Part shown: positions 39,778-49,270 of the stretch, in pieces
Position numbering within the stretch: position 1 is the stretch's first letter
How the letters are laid out: every line of letters begins with the position of its first letter
Program-made: the position numbers and the translations under genes
The notes under the pieces: generated by a model
What the model was told of the DNA's origin: nothing
The model's input: only the letters and a program-made list of their open reading frames with translations
Database searches by the model: none
From: Candidatus Melainabacteria bacterium
GTDB lineage: Bacteria > Cyanobacteriota > Vampirovibrionia > 2-02-FULL-35-15
DNA: 64,000 bases
Direction of reading: 5' to 3'
NCBI GenBank assembly: GCA_023250195.1
Contig: JAHFBF010000001.1
Coordinates: 498,422-562,421, forward strand

Positions 39778-40958
39778 TAAGTTTTATCCTCATTAATTTT
39801 TCTAGTTTTACTCATTGAGAATGATTGATAGACTAAATTAAAAAGAAATATTTGGATTCCACAAATTATTAAGAACAGTCCAAAAATAACATACCATGGA
39901 ATAATAGTTAATTTATAACTTTGCATACACCATTTAATGACTAAGGTTGAACATAGTATGAGTCCAAATAACAAAGATAGTAGGCTTAATATCATTCCAT
40001 TTGTATATGTAAAATAATTATATAAAAGATTTATTCCCTTATTTTTGATGTATCTATTTAGATCAGAAAATAATCTCACCAGAACACCCATTTGGGCAGC
40101 TGAAAGCCCTAATACAGAAAATGTAAGTCCAAGTAACATAAAATTAGTACTAAATGTAATTGCTCCTAATGTAATTGGTCCACCAATCTGCATGAAAATA
40201 AGAAAAAGACCTAACATTAAGAATAATAATCCTGGTTTAATTATCATTTGATCAGGTACATGCAACAACATAACTTTTAAATTTATCCATCCGGCGTACC
40301 AAGGAGAAAACCATCCTAATCTTAAATGATGACTTTTGCGTCCTTCTCTATCTTTATAAAAATTAATTGGGACTTCAGTACATTTAAGTTTAAGTAAACT
40401 TGCTTTAACTACCATTTCAGAAGCATATTCCCAGGATGAACTTTTAAGATCAATTTTTTTTAATGCATCATATGTCATTGCCCTTAAACCACAATGAATA
40501 TCAGAATAACTTGTACCTAAAAGAGAATTTAATATCTGTGTAGTTAAAGGGTTACCAAAATATCTGTGCAGAGCCGGCATAGCACCTTCTTCTATAAAAC
40601 CTTTCATCCTTGTCCCCATAACATATTCATATCCTTCATCCAGTTTACTTATAAATTTATTTATTTCTCTAAAATCATATGTACAATCTGCATCTCCCAT
40701 AACAATATATTTCCCTTTTATATGAGGAATCGAGTCAATATAAGCCTGCCCTAATCCATGTTTCGGCACATCAATGACTCTTGCACCCAGACTAGAAGCA
40801 ATTTGTGGAGTATTGTCAGCAGAACTATCCATGATAATTACTTCTCCAGAAGCTTCTGCAATTGACAACCCTTCAATTGCATTCTTAACCGTTTCAGCAA
40901 TTGTTTTTTCTTCATTAAGAGCTGGTATTACTATACTTACTTTTACGTTATTATTCAT
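39777..40958 (-). CDS. GT2 glycosyltransferase with a C-terminal multi-TM domain (ArnC/GtrB-like, extended)
   Basis: VSIVIPALNEE...IMDSSADNT...GDADCTYD...HCGLR, followed by about 4-5 TM helices. Confidence 0.85.
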   Translation of the reverse strand: MNNNVKVSIVIPALNEEKTIAETVKNAIEGLSIAEASGEVIIMDSSADNTPQIASSLGARVIDVPKHGLGQAYIDSIPHIKGKYIVMGDADCTYDFREINKFISKLDEGYEYVMGTRMKGFIEEGAMPALHRYFGNPLTTQILNSLLGTSYSDIHCGLRAMTYDALKKIDLKSSSWEYASEMVVKASLLKLKCTEVPINFYKDREGRKSHHLRLGWFSPWYAGWINLKVMLLHVPDQMIIKPGLLFLMLGLFLIFMQIGGPITLGAITFSTNFMLLGLTFSVLGLSAAQMGVLVRLFSDLNRYIKNKGINLLYNYFTYTNGMILSLLSLLFGLILCSTLVIKWCMQSYKLTIIPWYVIFGLFLIICGIQIFLFNLVYQSFSMSKTRKINEDKT

Positions 40959-40966
40959 TTTTGATA

Positions 40967-41623
40967 CTAAGCAATCTTTTTAAATCTCCCAATAAGAAAC
41001 AAGGGGATTCCCCATGGCAATCGATATATTTTTTCACAGATCATGTCTTTTGGAATTTCATTAAAAACATCATATATATTCCTTACATGACCTTCTCCAC
41101 TGGTATTTGTTATCCTCCTTGCAAATTTATATAGAAAATTTTCTGTTGGTCCTGAAATTATCCAAACCCCCTTATTAGGAGTAACAGAATTAAATAACTC
41201 ATAGACTTCTGGCAGATCTATTACATGCTCTAGTACATCCAAAGCCACAATAACATCAAAATTAGATTTGATTTTACTTTCATTTATATTTTTTACCACT
41301 TCTACTGAAGTAAGATTTAATTCTTTTTTCATAAGCCTGGTTATTTCAGGATCTAGATCTAGAGCAACTACTTTATCGTAATGACTTGCTAAATAGGGTA
41401 ACATCGCACCAAGTCCTGCTCCAAAGTCTAAAGCTGTCCTGCCATGTATACCTGATAAAAGCTTTTGTGCAGTCTCAACACGGCTCCAGCCTAAATATGA
41501 AGCTGGTGGAAATTTATTATAGTAGACAGGAAAGGCGGTTTCTTCTAATCTTTTTCTACCAAAGGTAGATACGAGTAAATCCTCAACATTTTGAAATTTA
41601 TTTTTGTAGTCTTTGAAATTCAT
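40967..41623 (-). CDS. Class I SAM-dependent methyltransferase
   Basis: ALDFGAGLGAM (motif I), VVALDLD, IVALDVLEHV. Confidence 0.75.
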   Translation of the reverse strand: MNFKDYKNKFQNVEDLLVSTFGRKRLEETAFPVYYNKFPPASYLGWSRVETAQKLLSGIHGRTALDFGAGLGAMLPYLASHYDKVVALDLDPEITRLMKKELNLTSVEVVKNINESKIKSNFDVIVALDVLEHVIDLPEVYELFNSVTPNKGVWIISGPTENFLYKFARRITNTSGEGHVRNIYDVFNEIPKDMICEKIYRLPWGIPLFLIGRFKKIA

Positions 41624-41626
41624 ATG

Positions 41627-42463
41627 TCAATAATCGACTCTTCTTAACTTACCACTATCTTGTTTCATTTTGAAACTTGTTTTTTGTATCTTATCTATTT
41701 CATCCACATGCAATAACTTGCCAGACAGTTTTTTTGAATCTTCACTTAATAAATAAGAAGCTGCTTTTTCATGTTTAATGTTCGATGTTCCACCACTAGC
41801 CTGAATCATTTTTAATTCATCAAGGTTTTTCTTATTCTTTATTTTAATAGACTTTTGCATAGCTTCTTTTGTCATTTCTGTCCATGTAGCTCCTGGAGCC
41901 AAAGCAAACACTTGAACATTTTTACCTTTTAATTCTTCTGCAAGTGTTTCAGTCAACCTTAAAATAGCAGTTTTACTACATGAATAGGCACTAAATAATG
42001 GTCTTGCATAAGCAGCACCTCCACCAGAAAGATTTATAATCCTTCCGGATTTTTGTTTTAACATATAAGGAATTACTAAGTGGGATATATAAAAAACTCC
42101 CAGCAGGTTTATTTGAATTGTTTTTTCCCACTCTTTTACATTATTCTGCCAGAGTCTACCAACTGGACCTTGAATTGCTGCGTTATTTACAAGCAAATCA
42201 ATTCTTTTAAAACTTTCAATTGTTTTTTTAACTAAGGATTTACACTGTTTATAACTTGCTACATTAACTTTAAGTGCTAAACACTTAACTCCATATGATT
42301 CAATTTCCCTTTTTGCTTTTTTAACCTCAAGTAAATTTCTTGAACAAATTACAATGTTAAATCCTTTTTTAGCTAATATATTGGCGATTCTAAAACCAAT
42401 CCCCTTGGAACCACCTGTAACAATTGCAGTTTTTAGATTTGTTTTTTTTAGTCCGTTTGACAA
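41627..42463 (-). CDS. Short-chain dehydrogenase/reductase (classical SDR)
   Basis: AIVTGGSKGIGFRIA, NNAAI, YSCSKTA (YxxxK). Confidence 0.85.
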   Translation of the reverse strand: MSNGLKKTNLKTAIVTGGSKGIGFRIANILAKKGFNIVICSRNLLEVKKAKREIESYGVKCLALKVNVASYKQCKSLVKKTIESFKRIDLLVNNAAIQGPVGRLWQNNVKEWEKTIQINLLGVFYISHLVIPYMLKQKSGRIINLSGGGAAYARPLFSAYSCSKTAILRLTETLAEELKGKNVQVFALAPGATWTEMTKEAMQKSIKIKNKKNLDELKMIQASGGTSNIKHEKAASYLLSEDSKKLSGKLLHVDEIDKIQKTSFKMKQDSGKLRRVDY

Positions 42464-42466
42464 GGT

Positions 42467-43525
42467 TTACTTCTTACCACTTAGGGCTAACTTTAATTCT
42501 CTTTGAAGAGATTGTCTTCTGTTAAAAATGTTCATCATTACTTTTGATCCATCAAAATCAAATTTGAATCTCATTCTTCTTAACCCAGCATCAGCCATTG
42601 TACGGGTTAAATCAGACTGATATACCTTAGGACAGTAAAAAAGCATAAAGCCCCCTCCACCAGCTCCAAGAATCTTGCCTCCCAAAGCACCATTAGCAAT
42701 TCCAAGCTCATAGAGATCATCTATAGAAGAATTAGAAATCTTATTAGAGAGTTTTTTCTTTGTTCTCCAGTGTACATCCATAAGTTTTCCAAAATCATCC
42801 AAATTTCCTTTTGTAATTGCATCTACTGTTTTATAACCAATTTCTTTTATAGAATGAAGGCTGTCAACAACTATTTTATGTGTACTTGATTTTTTATCCT
42901 CTGCTGCTTTGCTCTGCTCTTTTAAAATTTCAGCAGTTGATCTTGTGGTATGCGTATAATAAACCAATAACGAGCTCTCTAACTCATCAATTACATCTTC
43001 AGAAATATCAGGTCTTTCAACCTTTACCTGTCCATCTCTGTCAATATTCAAAATAGTAAAACCACCAAAAGAAGCATTATACTGATCTTGTTTCCCAACC
43101 GGGTGTTTAAGTACATTCATTTCAATAAAACAAGCTTCCTCCGCTAACTCTTGTCTTGAAACATTTGCATTCTTATAACAATGGAGTCCATTTAAAAGCC
43201 CTACTAAATAACACCCTGAAGAACCAAGTCCTGTACCAGACGGGATATCCGCCATAGATTGGATTTCAATTGAGTCTTGTATCTTCATCAACTTTAAAGC
43301 TTCACGAGCTAAATCATGTTGAATTTCATCTACTTTAGAAACTTCTTCATACTTTGAATATTTAATCCTTATCAAGTCATCAACAATTGGAGTATTTAAA
43401 TTTATGTACATGTACTTGTCTATGGTTACTGAAAATACAAAACCACCAAAATCACTGTAATAAGAAGGCAAATCTGTACCTCCTCCTCCAAGAGTTATTC
43501 TAAAAGGCGTTCTAGTTATAATCAT
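42467..43525 (-). CDS. hddA: GHMP-family sugar kinase, D-glycero-D-manno-heptose 7-phosphate kinase-like
   Basis: MIITRTPFRITLGGGGTDLPSYY start and the GHMP ATP motif IPSGTGLGSSG. The sugar specificity is inferred from context. Confidence 0.75.
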   Translation of the reverse strand: MIITRTPFRITLGGGGTDLPSYYSDFGGFVFSVTIDKYMYINLNTPIVDDLIRIKYSKYEEVSKVDEIQHDLAREALKLMKIQDSIEIQSMADIPSGTGLGSSGCYLVGLLNGLHCYKNANVSRQELAEEACFIEMNVLKHPVGKQDQYNASFGGFTILNIDRDGQVKVERPDISEDVIDELESSLLVYYTHTTRSTAEILKEQSKAAEDKKSSTHKIVVDSLHSIKEIGYKTVDAITKGNLDDFGKLMDVHWRTKKKLSNKISNSSIDDLYELGIANGALGGKILGAGGGGFMLFYCPKVYQSDLTRTMADAGLRRMRFKFDFDGSKVMMNIFNRRQSLQRELKLALSGKK

Positions 43526-44246
43526 TTTTACCTCTCTTTTGCAAAACTTCTTCAGCTGTACTTAGTGCATCTTTTGTATCTATTGCCAGGACAAAACTAT
43601 CTGTTAAGTATCCTTTTAATTTATACCCATTTTTAAGTAGTTTAGGAAAAATGTCTTTCCCAAAATCAGAAGGCGGTTTATCTGGTATCATATCAAGAAT
43701 TTTATGCTCCAAAACATAAATTCCGGCATTTACATACCCCTTTATTCCATTTCCTTTACTTTTCCCTTCTATAAAAGAATTTAAATTATTATCCTTATCC
43801 ATTTCAATCACACCACCGGCGATTCCTGAATTTAATGATTTTTCAGGATCAAATAAAGCTATAGTTGCGATTAGTTTAGTACCATTATGAAAATCCAGCA
43901 TTTGATTTAAATTTATATCAGTATAATTATCCCCATAAATAACAAAAAACTGATCCTTTTTTAAGAAATTACCAACCTCTTTATTTTTAAGAGCACCACT
44001 TGTACCAAGTAATTCACTTTCAAATGAATACTGGATTTTTACATTCCATTTACTACCATCTCCACAATAATCTTTAATAACATCCCATTTATAGTGAAGA
44101 GTTATACAAACATCCTCAATACCATGTTTTTTCAGAAGTAAAATATTATGCTCTAAAACTGGTTTTCCATTAATCTTATACATTGGCTTTGGAATATCAA
44201 GCCCAAGTCTTGAACCTAATCCAGCTGCAAGAATAATAGCTTTCAT
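43512..44246 (-). CDS. hddC: Sugar-1-phosphate nucleotidyltransferase, heptose-1-phosphate guanylyltransferase-like
   Basis: MKAIILAAGLGSRL...KPM signature of the NTP-transferase family. Overlaps the hddA-like kinase gene. Specificity inferred from context. Confidence 0.7.
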   Translation of the reverse strand: MKAIILAAGLGSRLGLDIPKPMYKINGKPVLEHNILLLKKHGIEDVCITLHYKWDVIKDYCGDGSKWNVKIQYSFESELLGTSGALKNKEVGNFLKKDQFFVIYGDNYTDINLNQMLDFHNGTKLIATIALFDPEKSLNSGIAGGVIEMDKDNNLNSFIEGKSKGNGIKGYVNAGIYVLEHKILDMIPDKPPSDFGKDIFPKLLKNGYKLKGYLTDSFVLAIDTKDALSTAEEVLQKRGKNDYN

Positions 44247-45373
44247 TTTTTTACCAGGTTAGTGGCTTTTCTAAGCACATTTTGTTTTTTCATTACTTCT
44301 TCAATTTCCTGATATCTGTCTTTTAAATCAGGTTGTTCATAAACCCATTTTATATAATCTCGGAATATATCTTCTAACGAGTGTTCATTTTTCCAACTAA
44401 GTTTTTTAAGTTTCTCACTTATAGAAACTGTATGCCTGGTATCACCATATCGATAGTAACCCGGAATTAGCGGCTCAATCTTTTTGTTTAAAACACTAAT
44501 TAAAATTTTCGTGTATTCTAAAAGATCTGTCCCTTTTTCACCACCTACATTAAAAGCTTCATAGTCAGCTTGAGAACTCTCAAATGCAAGAACATTCGCT
44601 CTTGCTACATCAAGGACATGAACATAATCTCTAAGTTGCTTTCCATCTTCATAAATAACCGGCGGTTTATTATTTATAAGCCTAAGAGTAAATATTCTAC
44701 AAACACCAGAATATGCATTAAAGAATGAATTTCTTGGACCCTGAACAATAGAATACCTCATCGAAACAGTTGGAATTGAATATCTTTTACCCAACTTGAC
44801 TGCTAATCTTTCCAATGCTTCTTTTGATATCCCATAAGCTGTAAAAGGATTGGTTACTGCTTCATCTATCAGAACAGACTTCATATACTCTTTACATCCA
44901 GCAACAGGACAATATATTTCCCAATCAGAACTTTCTAATTGTTTGATAATTCTACTGTCAGGATATTGAACGCCATGAGTTTTGCAATTATATTTTCCTT
45001 CACCATAAATTGACTGAGAGGAAGCTAAAACGATTTTCTTTATATCCAATTTTTTTTCAACTATAATTTCAAATATAAGTGCCGTACTAAAAGTATTCAC
45101 CCTGATAAAATTGCTAAAGTCAGTCATATAATCCTGGTAAGCAGCTAAATGAAATATTCCTTCAACACCTTCCATTGCTTTTTCTAAAACTGCCTTATCA
45201 GATACATCTCCCTGGATAAACTCTACTTCAGAAGATAAATATTTAGGTTTTCCATAAGGGTGGACTCTTGGTTGGAGCAAATCCAAGACTTTAACTTTGT
45301 ATCCTTTTTTAAGCAAAAGATCTACAGTATGAGATCCTATAAACCCTGCGCCACCTGTAACTAATACTTTCAT
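44243..45373 (-). CDS. NAD-dependent nucleotide-sugar epimerase/dehydratase (extended SDR)
   Basis: VLVTGGAGFIGSH and YGISK. ATG at 45373 (MKVLVTGG) is preferred, because the longer TTG start at 45394 lies inside the upstream hairpin element. Confidence 0.85.
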   Translation of the reverse strand: MKVLVTGGAGFIGSHTVDLLLKKGYKVKVLDLLQPRVHPYGKPKYLSSEVEFIQGDVSDKAVLEKAMEGVEGIFHLAAYQDYMTDFSNFIRVNTFSTALIFEIIVEKKLDIKKIVLASSQSIYGEGKYNCKTHGVQYPDSRIIKQLESSDWEIYCPVAGCKEYMKSVLIDEAVTNPFTAYGISKEALERLAVKLGKRYSIPTVSMRYSIVQGPRNSFFNAYSGVCRIFTLRLINNKPPVIYEDGKQLRDYVHVLDVARANVLAFESSQADYEAFNVGGEKGTDLLEYTKILISVLNKKIEPLIPGYYRYGDTRHTVSISEKLKKLSWKNEHSLEDIFRDYIKWVYEQPDLKDRYQEIEEVMKKQNVLRKATNLVKK

Positions 45374-45460
45374 CTTTTTTATAGGTTCAGACAAGCTGAA
45401 CCTTCCTTCTGTTATTTCCTTTCGCAGGATCGGATTTGCCGGATAAACCGGACAAATCCT
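45374..45460 (-). promoter_or_regulatory. Two-hairpin 5' element, copy 4, ending at the ATG of the epimerase/dehydratase gene
   Basis: The reverse complement reads AGGATTTGTCCGGTTTATCCGGCAAATCCGATCCTGCGAAAGG...GGTTCAGCTTGTCTGAACCTATAAAAAAGATG. Very close to copy 1. Confidence 0.65.
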
Positions 45461-45545
45461 ATAGTTGAGATTCGATATGTCATAGTGTTTGTTATTCTAA
45501 AGTATTATATACTGTTTTGAATAATAAGAAAAGAATCTAAGAAAT

Positions 45546-46541
45546 ATGAAAAATAATGTTTTGATTATAGGTGCTGGCAAAATAGGATCAATCAGAGCTA
45601 AAGTTGCTAAAAAGTTATCATCAAAGTCCAATTTATATATTTTTGACACTGACTTAGACAAAGCAAAAGTTCTTGCACAGGAAGTAAATGGAAAAATCGT
45701 TTACTCACTCAATGAAGGACTAAAAAATAAAAATATTCAGATAGTTATCGTTTCTGTTATTAATAAGAATACAAAAGATGTCTGCATCTCTGCTTTAAGA
45801 AACAAAAAGCATGTGCTTTGCGAAAAACCTATGGGAACTGGCTTTAAAGAAGCTCTTCAAATTTATAAAGCAGTAGAAAAATTTAAAGTGAAATTTAAAT
45901 GTGGTTTTAACCATCGTTATCACCCGGCAATACAAGAGGCTTACAAACTATGCTCACAAAAAAAAATTGGTAAAATTCTATATGTAAAAGGATCTTATGG
46001 GCATGGAGGCAGAAAAGGTTATGACAAAGAATGGCGTGCTAAAAAGTCTTTAAGTGGTGGTGGTGAATTATTAGATCAAGGCTCTCATTTATTGGATCTT
46101 TGTCATTGGTTCTTTAAATTTGAAAAAATCAAAGACGTTTATTGTATTGCAAAAACAATGTTTTGGAACATGGAGGTTGATGACAATGCGTTTGTACTTA
46201 TTGAAACGAAATCTGGTAAAGTAGCACAAATTCATGCTACCTGGACACAATGGAAAAATCTTTTTAGATTTGAAATCTATGGTACAAAAGGAGCAATAGA
46301 AATTAATGGCCTTGGGAAATCCTATGGAAGAGAAACATTAAAACTTTTTATAAGGAAAAATCCGGGACAGCCGCCACAAATTATTGAAAAGTCATTTACA
46401 GGTCGTGATAAATCATGGGAGCTTGAGTGGCTGGATTTTATAAATAATATAAACTCAAATATTACCTACAAGAGACTAATGTCAAATCATAAAGAATCTC
46501 TAGAAGTAATGAGAACAATTACCAAATTATATAGTCAATAA
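45546..46541 (+). CDS. Gfo/Idh/MocA family NAD(P)-dependent oxidoreductase
   Basis: VLIIGAGKIGS Rossmann motif, the conserved CEKP motif (VLCEKPMG), and C-terminal alpha/beta domain length. Confidence 0.85.
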   Translation: MKNNVLIIGAGKIGSIRAKVAKKLSSKSNLYIFDTDLDKAKVLAQEVNGKIVYSLNEGLKNKNIQIVIVSVINKNTKDVCISALRNKKHVLCEKPMGTGFKEALQIYKAVEKFKVKFKCGFNHRYHPAIQEAYKLCSQKKIGKILYVKGSYGHGGRKGYDKEWRAKKSLSGGGELLDQGSHLLDLCHWFFKFEKIKDVYCIAKTMFWNMEVDDNAFVLIETKSGKVAQIHATWTQWKNLFRFEIYGTKGAIEINGLGKSYGRETLKLFIRKNPGQPPQIIEKSFTGRDKSWELEWLDFINNINSNITYKRLMSNHKESLEVMRTITKLYSQ

Positions 46542-46547
46542 ACACAT

Positions 46548-47264
46548 ATGCATTACCTTTCGATTGTAATACCCGCTTATAATGAAGAAAAAAAAATTGC
46601 AAAGGATATAACAGCTGCGTATAAATATTTTAAAGAATATTCAATTGATGGAGAAGTAATAATTATAGATGATGGCAGCACTGATCAAACTTATAATATT
46701 GCTTCAGGTTTTTCAAAACAGTTCCCATCCTTAAAAGTAATTACCTACAATAAAAATAGAGGGAAAGGCTATGCAACGAAAACCGGCATATTAGGTGCAA
46801 CAGGCGAATATATTTTACTTGCTGATTCCGGATTATGCGTACCTTTTAAATGTGCAACCATAGGTTTAGAGCTCTTAAAACCTGGAGTTGATATTGCTAT
46901 AGGCTCAAGAAAAACATCTGATGAAAGAGTTAAGATCTTAGTTAAGCAGCCATTCTATAGAAGATTTGGCTCACAAATATTTAAACTTTTAATTCAGCTG
47001 TTTAAAGTTATTCCAAAAGGTATTGATGATTCTCAATGCGGTTTTAAGTTGTTTAAAAAAGAAGCAGCTCATAACATTTTTAAAAAAATGTTTACTAATA
47101 AATTTATGTGGGATATTGAAATGTTAAGAAGGGCAAAAAACGAGAATTATACAATAGTGGTTTTTCCAGTAGAATGGTCCAATGACTCAGATACTAGATT
47201 TAATCCATTTATTGGTTCTTTTGAAAACTTATTTCAGGTAATAAACATAATTCTTAGAACATAG
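46548..47264 (+). CDS. GT2 polyprenyl-phosphate glycosyltransferase (DPM1/Alg5-like)
   Basis: LSIVIPAYNEE...IIDDGSTDQT...LADSGLC...QCGFKLF. 238 aa. Confidence 0.85.
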   Translation: MHYLSIVIPAYNEEKKIAKDITAAYKYFKEYSIDGEVIIIDDGSTDQTYNIASGFSKQFPSLKVITYNKNRGKGYATKTGILGATGEYILLADSGLCVPFKCATIGLELLKPGVDIAIGSRKTSDERVKILVKQPFYRRFGSQIFKLLIQLFKVIPKGIDDSQCGFKLFKKEAAHNIFKKMFTNKFMWDIEMLRRAKNENYTIVVFPVEWSNDSDTRFNPFIGSFENLFQVINIILRT

Positions 47265-47306
47265 TATTCTTGGGGTATATTAAAAGTATTGAAAGAGGTA
47301 AAACTC

Positions 47307-47924
47307 ATGAACTACATAAAAACATATCTGGAACAAACTTCAAAAATTGCACTTATGCTTGATCAGGACAAAATTCTTCAGGCAGTTAACCTCTTAAAAA
47401 CTGTCAGGCAGGACAAAGGCAGGCTTTTCTTTCTTGGCGTAGGCGGCAGTGCAGGAAATGCTTCACATGCAGTTAATGATTTTAGAAAAATCGCTGGAAT
47501 CGAATCTTATGCTCCTACTGACAATGTTTCAGAACTTACCGCTAGAGTTAATGATGATGGATGGGATTCCGTTTTTTCCAGCTGGTTAAAGGTCAGCAAT
47601 CTAAACTCAAAAGATGTTTTAGTCATTTTTTCAGTCGGCGGCGGAAGTATAGAAAAGAACATAAGCACAAATCTGGTTAAAGCTCTAAATCATGCAAAAA
47701 CAGTAGGAGCAAAAACCCTAGGTATAGTCAGCAGAAATGGCGGTTATACAAAAGAGGTTGCTGACTGCTGCATATTAATTCCCACACTAAGCCCGGAAAC
47801 AGTAACACCACATGCAGAAGAATTCCAGGCAATCGTATGGCACTTATTGGTTTCACATCCTGAAATTCAAAAAAATCAGATGAAGTGGGAAAGCACAGCC
47901 CAAACAGCCACAAGCAAAAAATAA
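47307..47924 (+). CDS. gmhA: SIS-domain sedoheptulose 7-phosphate isomerase
   Basis: GRLFFLGVGGSAGNASHAVNDF SIS motif. ATG at 47307 is preceded by AGAGG. Adjacent to gmhB. Confidence 0.75.
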   Translation: MNYIKTYLEQTSKIALMLDQDKILQAVNLLKTVRQDKGRLFFLGVGGSAGNASHAVNDFRKIAGIESYAPTDNVSELTARVNDDGWDSVFSSWLKVSNLNSKDVLVIFSVGGGSIEKNISTNLVKALNHAKTVGAKTLGIVSRNGGYTKEVADCCILIPTLSPETVTPHAEEFQAIVWHLLVSHPEIQKNQMKWESTAQTATSKK

Positions 47925-48496
47925 TGGATAAAGCAATCTTTTTGGATCGTGATGGTGTTATAAATTATCCGGTTTTAAATCCAAAAACAAATGAGTACGA
48001 AGCCCCTGCAAATAAAGACGACTTTAAATTATTTCCTGGAGTAATGGAAGCTCTAAAAGAGTTACAAAAGTCAGATTACAAACTATTCCTGGTTTCAAAT
48101 CAACCTGATTATGCAAAAGGGAAAACCGCTCTTGAGAACCTTCATCTGGTTCATAATAAAATGGATTCTATATTAAAAGAAAATAACATTGTTTTTACAG
48201 AATATTATTATTGCTATCATCATCCTAAAGGAATCATTCCTGAGTATTCATTTGAATGTAAGTGCAGAAAACCTGGGAATTTATTCTTAACTCAGGCACA
48301 AATAAAATACAAACTGGATTTTTTAAAATCCTGGATGGTTGGTGACAGTGATGTAGATATCTTTTGTGGTCAGTCAGCCGGTGTAAGAACAATATTGGTC
48401 AAAACAAAGGAATCTGCCCATAGAATAGGGGAAAGTACCCCTGAGCATATAGTTAACAATTTACAAGAAGCTGTTGAAGTGATAAAAAGGGAGTAA
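47924..48496 (+). CDS. gmhB: HAD-IIIA D,D-heptose 1,7-bisphosphate phosphatase
   Basis: AIFLDRDGVIN (DxDxT-type motif I), VSNQ, zinc-site Cys pattern CYHHP...CKCRKP, GDSDVD. Start at the TAATG overlap with gmhA. Confidence 0.85.
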   Translation: MDKAIFLDRDGVINYPVLNPKTNEYEAPANKDDFKLFPGVMEALKELQKSDYKLFLVSNQPDYAKGKTALENLHLVHNKMDSILKENNIVFTEYYYCYHHPKGIIPEYSFECKCRKPGNLFLTQAQIKYKLDFLKSWMVGDSDVDIFCGQSAGVRTILVKTKESAHRIGESTPEHIVNNLQEAVEVIKRE

Positions 48497-48513
48497 GTAT
48501 AAAGGAGATATTT

Positions 48514-49257
48514 ATGTTAAATATAAAAGATCTAAAAATTAAAATCTTTGCAGATGGAGCTGATATTAAAGCAATGGTTGAGGCCTATAAGCAGGGAATC
48601 GTAAAAGGCTTTACAACAAATCCTACTTTAATGAAAAAAAATGGACTTACAGACTATGAATCTTTTGCAAAAGAAGTCTTAAAGAATATTTCTGACAGAC
48701 CAATTTCATTTGAAGTTTTTTCAGATGAGTTTAATGAAATGGAATTACAGGCAAAAGAGATAGCTTCCTGGGGAAAAAATATAAACGTAAAAATTCCTAT
48801 TACAAACACTAAAGGACAATCCTCAATCCCACTTATTAAAAAGCTTTCAAGCGATGAATTATCACTTAACATCACAGCAATTTTAACTGTAGAACAAGTT
48901 AAAGAAGTACAAAAGGTTTTAAATCCCAATACTTATAATATTGTTTCTGTCTTTGCTGGAAGAATTGCAGACACAGGTAGAGATCCAATGCCTTGCATGA
49001 TTGAATGTGCAAAAATATTAAAACCTCTGCCAAATACAGATCTTCTATGGGCAAGCTCAAGAGAGCTTTTGAATATATTTCAAGCGGAGCAAACCGGCTG
49101 TCAAATTATTACTGTAACACCTGATATTTTAAAAAAATTGTCCGGCGTAGGAAAAGATCTTACTGAACTTTCACTTGATACAGTAAAAATGTTTTACAAT
49201 GACGCTTGTCAAGCTGGATTTAAAATCAACACAGACAAAGTAGGAAGCAAAAAATAA
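48514..49257 (+). CDS. tal: Transaldolase / fructose-6-phosphate aldolase family (short form)
   Basis: FADGADI...GFTTNPTL...NVKIPIT...VFAGRIADTG are family motifs. Confidence 0.8.
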   Translation: MLNIKDLKIKIFADGADIKAMVEAYKQGIVKGFTTNPTLMKKNGLTDYESFAKEVLKNISDRPISFEVFSDEFNEMELQAKEIASWGKNINVKIPITNTKGQSSIPLIKKLSSDELSLNITAILTVEQVKEVQKVLNPNTYNIVSVFAGRIADTGRDPMPCMIECAKILKPLPNTDLLWASSRELLNIFQAEQTGCQIITVTPDILKKLSGVGKDLTELSLDTVKMFYNDACQAGFKINTDKVGSKK

Positions 49258-49270
49258 CTTTTAAAGCATT

